This document shows, one piece after another, positions 1 to 8,330 of a DNA stretch of 64,000 bases (position 1 is its first letter; every line of letters begins with the position of its first letter). The notes beneath the pieces are model-generated. The model had not been told where the DNA came from. It made no database searches and worked only from the letters and a program-made list of their open reading frames with translations. The translations under genes were made by a program, and so were the position numbers. Origin of the DNA: a virus; the IMG/VR virus record IMGVR_UViG_3300045125_000169, positions 24,840-88,839 of that record, one strand, 5' to 3'.

Positions 1-2
1 TG

Positions 3-101
3 GTTCAACCAAGAAAAAGCAAAGGCCAAATCTCAGTGAAGTGGGATAATGGTCGCGGTCTGATGGTGCTGGTGCCTGAAGACAAAATTGAAAAAATTTG
101 A
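3..101 (+). CDS. 3' end of DUF4314-like protein (partial)
   Basis: Frame from nt 3 reads ...KGQISVKWDNGRGLMVLVPEDKIEKI*, resembling the VxWDNG motif of DUF4314; truncated by the window edge. Confidence 0.45.
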   Translation, partial: VQPRKSKGQISVKWDNGRGLMVLVPEDKIEKI

Positions 102-113
102 GAGTGAAAAATC

Positions 114-341
114 GTGACAACAGACTTACAAACAACGTCCATCCCTGACCTTGAGAAGCTCTTAGCCGATCTAAGAGTTAAGTATAACAGTGGGGACAAG
201 ACGGTTGAGACTCGCTTGCGAGCCGTGGCCGCTAGGCTTGAAGTGCTGAAAGCTCAAAACCCTAAGCCGCAGCAGAATAAGATTCAGGTCATAACAAAAA
301 TTCTCAATCCGATTTTGCGCAAACGGTGCTGCGGTCGGTAG
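114..341 (+). CDS. hypothetical protein
   Basis: 75-aa ORF co-directional with its neighbours. Confidence 0.5.
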   Translation: MTTDLQTTSIPDLEKLLADLRVKYNSGDKTVETRLRAVAARLEVLKAQNPKPQQNKIQVITKILNPILRKRCCGR

Positions 342-362
342 GCTATATAGGGAGATCAAAAA

Positions 363-940
363 ATGAGCTTTCTGAAAGTCCTTGCAGACCTTTTATCCGA
401 CCGTGAGCGCGTCAAAAGAAACCAGAAAAGCGCCCAGAAAATAAAAGAGGCTTTGCGCAGCAAAAGTCCGTATCCTGTTTTTAGGTCGGAGGATAAAGAA
501 GTAAAACAGGAAGAAAAACACCTGTTCACAAAAAAGATAACGTCCTTATCCCCGAAAAATCTGCGCAGTCAAAGGAAAGAGGTGCGATTAGTATTCACCT
601 CGACATTTTGGATGAATTTGGAAATGTTCATTCATCGAATCGACCCATTACGACAATAACTTGTAGAAAAGACGAAATAATCTCTAAATTAAAAAAGTTG
701 GACGAAAAACTGAGGGTAAATATCGGTATTAGGATGGGGAATTGGTATGCAGGACACGATGGTAAAGATGGCATTTATACAGGCCATAGTACCAAGATAG
801 ACTTTGATGATGTCCCTTGGAATCTTTTCCCGAAAAGTACAAAAAAAGATTTCGAGGGAGAGACTAAAATTGAGGTGATGCCTGTCTTGGAATTGAAGTT
901 CTCTAAATTGACAGGGGACGAACTTTCACAAGTAGGTTAG
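363..940 (+). CDS. hypothetical protein (363..659 and 608..940 joined across an A-run indel)
   Basis: GGGAG RBS before ATG 363; the second frame is open from the A-run near 532 (KKDNVLIPEK...DEFGNV) to 940. Confidence 0.55.
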
Positions 941-952
941 TTCGGAGATCAC

Positions 953-1351
953 ATGCATAAGCAAGACGTACCAACCCATAGCATCTTTGTCGGTTATATT
1001 TTGTGGATTTTCGGGTTCACAGGTTCGCATAGGTTTTACTATGGCAGGCCGATCACCGGGACCATTTGGTTTTTCACCTTTGGTCTTTGCGGTCTCGGTT
1101 GGCTGTTCGATCTTTTCCTGATTCCGAGTATGGACGACAAGGCCAACCGAACCTATGTCCGAGGAAAACTGGACTACAACCTTGCGTGGCTTTTTCTCAC
1201 ATTCTTCGGAATGTTTGGTCTACACCGCATGTACATGGGAAAATGGATCTCCGGCCTGATCTGGGCTTTGACCGGAGGATTTTTTCTCCTTGGTTGGATA
1301 TACGACTATTGGACCCTGAACAGCCAAATTGATGAGATCAACGCTGGGTGA
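953..1351 (+). CDS. TM2/NINE-domain membrane protein (two TM2 repeats)
   Basis: Two copies of the TM2 motif: GYILWIFGFTGSHRFYYG and AWLFLTFFGMFGLHRMYMG; GGAG RBS. Confidence 0.9.
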   Translation: MHKQDVPTHSIFVGYILWIFGFTGSHRFYYGRPITGTIWFFTFGLCGLGWLFDLFLIPSMDDKANRTYVRGKLDYNLAWLFLTFFGMFGLHRMYMGKWISGLIWALTGGFFLLGWIYDYWTLNSQIDEINAG

Positions 1352-2174
1352 TTTTCTCATCCTCTGACTGAAAGTCCGAAAGACGCCCCTCTTGCAGATC
1401 TTGCAAACCACGATCGACTCTGGCTCTTGTTTCCTCTGACATGGGCACAAGAGACTCCCAATCGACCAAGGGTGTCATCGCCCCAACGTGCATGTGGGTG
1501 GCAAGTCCCGGCATAGGACTCAGACAAACTTCTTGGGTGTAAATTCTCTGGCTGAGAAGTCGGTCGTTCCAGTTGGGAGCACTGGCCCAAAGGGTTTCCC
1601 TGTGCTTCAGATAGGCTTCCTTGGAGCACAAAAAGGTATAGGTCGTGCTCGGGATTTGCCGCCAGTGGCAGTGGTCCGAGATCAAGATCAGGTAGCCGTT
1701 CAAGACCTTGCCTGTGTGCGGGTCTGGCCACATATAGCGGTCGGGATAATCCGGGGGATGAATAAAAAGGTGGTTTTCTCTCAACGGCCCCAGGTAGCGG
1801 GCTTTGTTCTCGTACATGTCCATCATGTAGGGAAGGGCCTGCGGGACAAACAGGTAGTCGTCTTCGCAAAAGAAAAGAATCGTGCCCTCAGGCTTACTGT
1901 CGGCAACCTCGAAGGTCTTTTCAATCGAGGGTCCGTTGCCAAAAGAACCGACGATGATTTCATCGACGTGGGGGCGAAAGAACTCTTGCCTCTCTTGGGA
2001 GAGACGGTCACCCACGACAATAATTTCTGTTTCCCCTTGGTACTCAGCCTTGGTCTTTAGGAGAGACTGAAAGCAGGTGTCGATTACCTGCTTTTTGGTC
2101 ATCCCAAAAGGTCTAGGAGTACCGTGTACGGCTTCGACCACTTCACAGGTTCGGAAGATGATGCAGAGTTTCAA
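1338..2174 (-). CDS. GT-A fold glycosyltransferase
   Basis: N-terminal IIFRTC strand, EIIVVGD, and FFCEDDYLF (DxD-type motif); AAGGAG RBS before the TTG start. Confidence 0.7.
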   Translation of the reverse strand: MKLCIIFRTCEVVEAVHGTPRPFGMTKKQVIDTCFQSLLKTKAEYQGETEIIVVGDRLSQERQEFFRPHVDEIIVGSFGNGPSIEKTFEVADSKPEGTILFFCEDDYLFVPQALPYMMDMYENKARYLGPLRENHLFIHPPDYPDRYMWPDPHTGKVLNGYLILISDHCHWRQIPSTTYTFLCSKEAYLKHRETLWASAPNWNDRLLSQRIYTQEVCLSPMPGLATHMHVGAMTPLVDWESLVPMSEETRARVDRGLQDLQEGRLSDFQSEDEKITQR

Positions 2175-2183
2175 GAGTGCTCC

Positions 2184-2206
2184 TTACTTACTTACTTACT
2201 TACTTA
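2184..2206. repeat. (TTAC)5+TTA simple sequence repeat; (TAAG)n on the coding strand
   Basis: ttacttacttacttacttactta directly visible, merging into the RBS of the glycosyltransferase. Confidence 0.95.
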
Positions 2207-2224
2207 GAAAAAGGATACACCTAG

Positions 2225-2455
2225 CTAGGTATGTTTTTCTTTCATTTTTTCTAAAAACGACCCAGCTATCCGATATTTATTTGCAAGTTTTTTTAACACT
2301 TCAGGATTTTTCAGTATCGCAAAATAATCCTCTTTGCTTATACCAAGGTAATCCTCTACTGATTCTGATGACGCAGATTTATGCCACGCATTAACTGCAT
2401 CCTCAAAATCATCAAAGGTTGCCGTGCCTTTTTTTATTTTTTCTATCAACTTCAT
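2225..2455 (-). CDS. hypothetical protein
   Basis: 76-aa ORF overlapping the upstream gene by 4 nt. Confidence 0.6.
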   Translation of the reverse strand: MKLIEKIKKGTATFDDFEDAVNAWHKSASSESVEDYLGISKEDYFAILKNPEVLKKLANKYRIAGSFLEKMKEKHT

Positions 2456-2733
2456 CTAAACTCCAAATATCTACCTTTTACAGGACCATTTTTTACATCA
2501 CCATTTGCATGGTATACGGCATAATGAGCTAAAGTCTTCACAGAAAACGCCTCAATTTCGCCATGTAATTCATCCCAAACAAGATAATAGGGATGAGCTT
2601 TTGATTTGTGTTTCCATACCTTTCTACCATGAGTGTCAAATTTACCTGTGAATGTTGATGTTTTTACAATATAGGAATCTGTAGGCATCGGTATTGTTGC
2701 TTCAATTTTCGTGCCAAGGTTACGCATTCTCAA
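2452..2733 (-). CDS. hypothetical protein
   Basis: 93-aa ORF in the operon direction. Confidence 0.6.
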   Translation of the reverse strand: MRMRNLGTKIEATIPMPTDSYIVKTSTFTGKFDTHGRKVWKHKSKAHPYYLVWDELHGEIEAFSVKTLAHYAVYHANGDVKNGPVKGRYLEFR

Positions 2734-2806
2734 TTACCCCAATACCCTAGAATCATATCGGAATTTTACCGAAAAATCGTGAATTTTCGGTTATGTGTCT
2801 ACTTTT

Positions 2807-3580
2807 TTACACTTCCATATCAACTTCTACTTCACCCTCATCCGTCATCACCTTGGTCTTGGTGGACTCTGGCTTGTAATAGGTGAGAGTCAGGTGGTTA
2901 GCGTCTTCTCCGATGGTGAAGTCCATCGACGACCCATCAGGGAAGTCCAGGGGCGCAATCGCCACACCGTCCATCTCCCGGTGCGTCCACTCTAGCTCGG
3001 GAAAGCGAATTTTGAGGTTATTTTTGATCTTCATGATATCGAGTTTTTCGTTCTCGTCTTTCGGGTTCCAGATATAAGTGGGCGGTTCGGGAAAGACCAT
3101 TTTGATATCAGGATAGACTTGCTTGACGGTGGACACTACGTCTTTAAAGAAAAGGTTTCTGGCAGAGACTTTGTAGGCCCGCATAACTTTCGTCAAAAAA
3201 CTTGAGCCCTCCGTGGGCTGTTTCTCGAAGGGACGCCTCTGCAAGTTCGTGATCTGGTCTAGGTTCGGGATGTCTAAAGCAGAGGGTTGAGAACCGCTAT
3301 CGTAAAGACCACCCTTGCCCTTAGGTTCATCTTTGGGGACTGTCTTGGGAAAGTTCAGCCCTTTATGAAAAAGGAGAACGGGGCGACCATCCTCTGTGAA
3401 CTCCACTTCATCGGTTCTTCCTGCGGGACCAGCGAAGCCAGAGGGTTCTCCAGCGGCCTGAGCCAACCGCGCTTTGGCTTGTTCGAGGGCCAGCCCAGGG
3501 TCGTCGGTGTGTTCAAGCTCTTCTGCGAGAGCTTGTGCCAGTTGGTCGAGATCTTCTAGCATGGTCAATCCCCCGATCAA
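2807..3580 (-). CDS. acidic hypothetical protein
   Basis: 257-aa ORF; the likely true start is MLEDL after a GGGG RBS. Confidence 0.7.
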   Translation of the reverse strand: MIGGLTMLEDLDQLAQALAEELEHTDDPGLALEQAKARLAQAAGEPSGFAGPAGRTDEVEFTEDGRPVLLFHKGLNFPKTVPKDEPKGKGGLYDSGSQPSALDIPNLDQITNLQRRPFEKQPTEGSSFLTKVMRAYKVSARNLFFKDVVSTVKQVYPDIKMVFPEPPTYIWNPKDENEKLDIMKIKNNLKIRFPELEWTHREMDGVAIAPLDFPDGSSMDFTIGEDANHLTLTYYKPESTKTKVMTDEGEVEVDMEV

Positions 3581-4984
3581 ATTAAATCAAAAAAGCTATC
3601 GATGGCATATTCACGATTAAAGTCGGTTGCTATACGCGGCCATTTGAAGGTGGGTTTATCATGGCGAACCATAACTTCATATACGTCTTTGTCTTCCTCT
3701 ATAATCTCGGGCACAAAAGGTAGAATCACTTTGAAAGGGAGAGCCAGCTTGATTTTGCTATCAGGCCAAAAACCCTCTTCATCGATTATGAAGAAGCAAT
3801 CGTCGTGAGGGGTGTCCGTGAAAAAATATTTAATATTCGCCCAGGCGTTAGCCTCAGTTCCTGCTTGCCAACCGTCATAAATCGCTTGGGACAATGCGGA
3901 ATCAAGCTCCTCCACGGCCTCTGTACTAAATTGGTGACTGAGCATATCCCGTACAACAGCCGCAGGTTCTGATTCAAATTTTGTTTTTACTTCGTCAACG
4001 TCTAGGTCCCATTGTTCGGCAAAGTTCTGAAGATCGTCCTGGGTAAATTTCTTGAATACATTTGCCATTTCTTTCTTGTCTGATACATCATCAAAAAAGT
4101 AAAGAATTTCATCTTGGTCTCTCGATTCAAAATTCGCCAATTCACTGTCATCAATAGTCGCTAAGAGGCTTTCGAGATCCGAGCTTTCATGTTTCGCATA
4201 GTCGGCAAGGTTATCCCACACCTGTAGAACAGCATCATCTCCAACCCACTCTTTCACGCCATGCTGCAAGAGCGTTTCTTTTGTGGCTTGTGGATTGCTT
4301 GTTAATTCCTCGATAAAGTCCACAAGGTCTTTACGAACACCTTTTGCGTTGAGCACCCCTGTTTTCGGTGTATCCCACTTGAATTTTGGCAACATGACAT
4401 CGCCACCGATCACAGGATCGTCCTCGATGTAGTTGACAGAGTAATGCCTGTCGGTAGCACTCCACGCCTGGACCTTACCTGCGGTGGACACTTCAAGAGC
4501 AACTTTGTAAAATGGATCATTAGGCTTACGAGTTTTCGAGATTAAAAAATAAAAGTGCGAGTCTCGGTTGTAGCGTCTCCAGTTGGACATGTCGTCTCGT
4601 GCCGAGATACACCATTTGGTGCCTGAGCCGTAGAGCTTCGATGCCTCGTAGCTCGTGATATGATAGACAACCCAGTTGTCGTCCTCGAACACTTGCTTGG
4701 CACCTTCCGTGCGAGCGAGTTTCTTTTGCGCTGTTTTAGACGTATTCTGGGATTGACTATCCATGAAGTCTTTGAACTCCTCCCAGGACTTTTTACCCCA
4801 ACTATCGATGTCGCGGTCGTCACCTTCAAGTTGATTGCGATCCCGTAAGGACTTGAATTTTTCCAGGTAGTCCTTCAGCACTTCGGGCGCTACCCCTTGG
4901 TCGAGAAATTTCTTCTCGACCGTCTTGAAGATCCGAGGTGACGAGAGTGTATTTGACTAAGACTTGGCTCAAGAACTTATACAT
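3577..4984 (-). CDS. GTxWC-family protein, paralogue 2 (unknown acidic C-terminal domain)
   Basis: Starts MYKFLSQVLVKY at 4984 and shifts frame at an extra A near 4931; contains WVVYHITSYEASKLYGSGTKWCI...YFLISK. Confidence 0.75.
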
Positions 4985-6136
4985 ACACTTTGCCTCCAAC
5001 TTTACATACCGCACGGACTTCTTCTTCAGTGAATTTTTTGGCGTTGTTCCTGCAATAAAAATCCCCACCAACCGTTTGAGGCGCTCCCTCAAGAGAGGTG
5101 AGGTTGTTGACGCTGCAATAAAAATCCCGACCAACCGTTTGAGGCGCTCCCTCAAGAGAGGTGAGGTTGTTGTTCCTGCAAGAAAAACCCCCACCAACCG
5201 TTTGAGGCGCACCCTCAAGAGATGTGAGTTTGTTGTCGCTGCAATAAAATCCCCACCAACCTTCGGAGGCGCTCCCTCAAGAGATGTGAGGTTGTTGTTG
5301 TTGCACTCAAAATCCCGACCAACCGTTTGAGGCGCTCCCTCAAGAGATGTGAGGTTGTTGTTGTTGCACTCAAAATCCCGACCAACCGTTTGAGGCGCAC
5401 CCTCAAGAGAGGTGAGGTTGTTGTCGCTGCAATCAAAACCCTCATCAACTTTTTGAGGCGCTCCCTTAAGAGAGGTGAGACCTTTCTCCGAGACATTAAT
5501 ATTTCCGCTACTATCGGCTTTCCACATCGGAGGTATTTTTAATTTAAAACTTGGTAGTTTTAAGTTGTTCGGTACGCTCTTATGATCCTTATCCGCTCGG
5601 TCCCAATATGTTTTATGTCCTTTTTTATTAACAAGAAGAGCTGTTTTAGACCAAGGGTCTTTCTGGTCTCTCGTCTTTGAGATTAGAAAATAAATCGTAT
5701 TATCGCTGTCATAGATATTCCAATGTTCACTTTTCTCATGTTTAATACACCACTCTGTTCCTTGACCGAGCTTATGAGATGCTTCGTTGGTCGTGATCTC
5801 GTACACCGTCCACTCGTCGTTCTCAGTAATAAATTCTGCTCCTGGGATGTTTTCTCTGAGATCAACTTTACCTTTTTTCTTTTCGGTAGAAGTCTTGGTT
5901 TTTTCCAAGTCCTCAATTCTTTCCTTAAACTCTTTAAAAGGCTTAGAGCCCCAAAAGTCGATATTTTTTTCATCGCCTTTAAGCTTATTGCGGTCTCTAA
6001 GCTTTTTGAACCGCTCTAAAGCATCCTTGACCTTTGACTTTTCAATCCCTTTGTCGAGAAATTTCTTCTCGACCGTCTTGAAGTCCGAGGTGACCAAAGT
6101 GTATTTGGCTAAGACTTGGCTCAAGAACTTATACAT
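4977..6136 (-). CDS. GTxWC-family protein, paralogue 1, with C-terminal LRR-like array
   Basis: WTVYEITTNEASHKLGQGTEWCI...YFLISK, then 7x LTSLEGAPQTVGxDFxCxxNN; restoring one T near 5250 gives a natural end KVGGKVYV* overlapping the next ATG. Confidence 0.8.
5040..5479 (-). repeat. seven 63-bp tandem coding repeats (21-aa LRR-like units)
   Basis: Units spaced 63 nt apart (e.g. gaggcgctccctcaagag at 5078 and 5141); 440 nt = 7x63 minus the 1-nt deletion. Confidence 0.95.
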
Positions 6137-6147
6137 TTCGGGCTCCT

Positions 6148-6483
6148 CTAAAATTTTTTACCATGCTTTGGTGGTCGCGTTTTGTTGAAAGCAATCTTGG
6201 CAACAATCGCCTCGGCAATTCGCCACTTTTGATTTTGCGACACATCCATGATGCGAATGATGCAATCGGCAAGCTCTTCTTCAACGCCTAAGAAACCTTC
6301 AATCTTGTCGGAGGGTGTTTCGGCACCAGCCCGGAGCGCCTCAAGAGCTTCCGACAACTCGGAGTGCATCAGCGCAACGGCTTCACCCAGGTTTCTCTCG
6401 CCTGAGTCGTACCACCCTTTGGACAAAGCGGTTTGATAAACATCCTCGGCAATCTTTTGAAAAGCTCTTATAAAGTCGTCCAT
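6148..6483 (-). CDS. MazG-like nucleotide pyrophosphohydrolase
   Basis: LMHSELSEALEA...VEEELADCIIRIMD motif; ends KIAFNKTRPPKHGKKF. Confidence 0.85.
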   Translation of the reverse strand: MDDFIRAFQKIAEDVYQTALSKGWYDSGERNLGEAVALMHSELSEALEALRAGAETPSDKIEGFLGVEEELADCIIRIMDVSQNQKWRIAEAIVAKIAFNKTRPPKHGKKF

Positions 6484-6484
6484 C

Positions 6485-7314
6485 TTAGTTCTCCGAAGCC
6501 TGCATTTGGTGACTTAAATCTTCAATAAAGCCTGCGGCCTGTCGATGGCCGCCACCCCAAACAATCTTGCGACGACGGAGACATCATAGTCTTGTCTGCT
6601 CCGAAGACCCCATTGACGCACCCAACCTCCAGTCTTCTTATTCAAAAGATCATAGTAGTAGGCGGCATAGGGTGCGGTTGGGTGTAACTCTAATAAGCGG
6701 CTTGGAACTTCAGAAAAATAGACGGAAGTATTGGCGACTGGAATGATTTCAGGCCCAACCTTCATCAAAACCGCTTTTAAACAGATGTTTTCCACTTGCT
6801 GTCTTTGAAACTTGGCTAGAGTCTGACCCGAAGTCATCAATGAAGGAACGTCCAGAGTATCCCAAACTTGAAAATCAAAAGGCTCGGCAAGTAGGGCTAG
6901 GTGGACGTAGTGGGTGCCTACGAGCTTAAACCGCCAAAGGTCACGATCTTGAATATGCTCAATCAAGAGTGGGGCCTTGTTACCTGGATGAAAATAGTCC
7001 CAAGCAATCATTGCGCCCGAGCGATTCATATCGAAGACACAAAAATCTAACCCCCTAAGGTTTTCTTCCGCCGTTGCGTGATGATCGAGAACAACAAGAG
7101 TTTTAAACCTGGGGCGTTTTCTGAGTAGATCTTCTCTTGGAAAACTATAGTCCACAACATAGACCTCTGAACCATCGGGAACTTGGTCTAAGGGTAAAGA
7201 TCCTTCGTTATAGGCACACGGAATATATTCGGCGTTGTCGCCAAAGGCTTTCCAAGCAGCATACGCTGCCCCAAAGCCATCATAACAATTTCCATGGTAC
7301 AAAACTTTTATCAC
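6485..7314 (-). CDS. DHH/DHHA1 phosphoesterase
   Basis: YHGNCYDGFGA, VVDYS, LDHH, DRDLW; adding one G restores the C-terminal GGGGH motif. Confidence 0.9.
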
Positions 7315-7340
7315 AAGAGGCTCTCCTATCGCGATCCCCG

Positions 7341-8330
7341 TTACCGGATAATTTCCACACGAGGAGAGATAAGTTTTTTGAACTCATTCAGCCAGACTTC
7401 GGGTATTTTTTGACCGTAAATGATCTTCAAAAGGTAAGTGTCTTCTTTTTGAATGACCTCTACTATGCACTCAATTCTATTACGTCCTGAAAAGCCTACA
7501 GGGCTTAGAATCCGTAAAGTTTTATTCCAGTGGGTGTGCTTAACATACCGACGTGCGTGATTCAGAACCGTGTTGAGAGCATCGCGGTAGAGCCTTTCAC
7601 CCTCTGCGGCTGTTTGTTTTCTCAATTCTTCAGGGATATCCTCACCTTTTGGTAGGTGCTCGTTTATAAGCCGATCATAGTCCTCTTTCCAATACTCGTG
7701 GGATAAAATCCTTATCACCGAGGCGAGAAGAAGCTCGTGGAGTGCTTTGACAAATTTTGCACTCATGATCTTGGGAGCTAAGGAATCAGGGTTATTTCCG
7801 CCCAACTCCTCTCGGAAATTTTTTACAAAGGTATCTTGGATCTTTTTTCCTTCCGCGTCTCCCTTATAGAGGGAGAGCAAAACACCAGCCAAGACTGTGC
7901 GACTCCGACTGACGCGATACTCTGGCCCATAGAGGCCATCGAGGCAGCGTGTAATAATTCCCGTAAAGTCATCTTCATCGGGTACAGCGGTTTGTAGCTG
8001 AAGACGCGCCATCACGACGATCGGATTTCCACCGAATTTTCGGGATGTAGAGTTTGAGTAAGATATGCTCGTCATCACATTATTCGAGAAGTATACCCCA
8101 CCGTAGGACTTTCGTGATGGAGTCGTCGGACTCGCATCAGGATCTTCCTCTTTCCAAACTCCTTGTTTGGTCTGGGGTTGCAATCCTACTTTCAGAATTT
8201 TTTTGAGAAACGTCGAAGACGTACCGTGATAAAAGAGTTCCAAGGAAGACCTTGCAATCACCTTATACTTTTGGAAAGTATGCTGGTAAAATGCGCGTAA
8301 AGAATCCACCTTAGACTCCCATCCCGTCAA
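7341..8330 (-). CDS. ADP-ribosyltransferase-fold protein (HGT...GVYFS)
   Basis: FYHGTS...ILKVGL and YGGVYFS match the PARP/Tpt1-like NAD-binding core. Confidence 0.6.
   Translation of the reverse strand: MTGWESKVDSLRAFYQHTFQKYKVIARSSLELFYHGTSSTFLKKILKVGLQPQTKQGVWKEEDPDASPTTPSRKSYGGVYFSNNVMTSISYSNSTSRKFGGNPIVVMARLQLQTAVPDEDDFTGIITRCLDGLYGPEYRVSRSRTVLAGVLLSLYKGDAEGKKIQDTFVKNFREELGGNNPDSLAPKIMSAKFVKALHELLLASVIRILSHEYWKEDYDRLINEHLPKGEDIPEELRKQTAAEGERLYRDALNTVLNHARRYVKHTHWNKTLRILSPVGFSGRNRIECIVEVIQKEDTYLLKIIYGQKIPEVWLNEFKKLISPRVEIIR

Noticed and set aside
5040-5479. CRISPR array
   Set aside because: The units are contiguous 63-bp in-frame coding repeats with no unique spacers, and no cas genes are present.
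5040-5479. Complete diversity-generating retroelement
   Set aside because: No reverse transcriptase, Avd or separate template repeat is visible in the window; kept only as a hypothesis.
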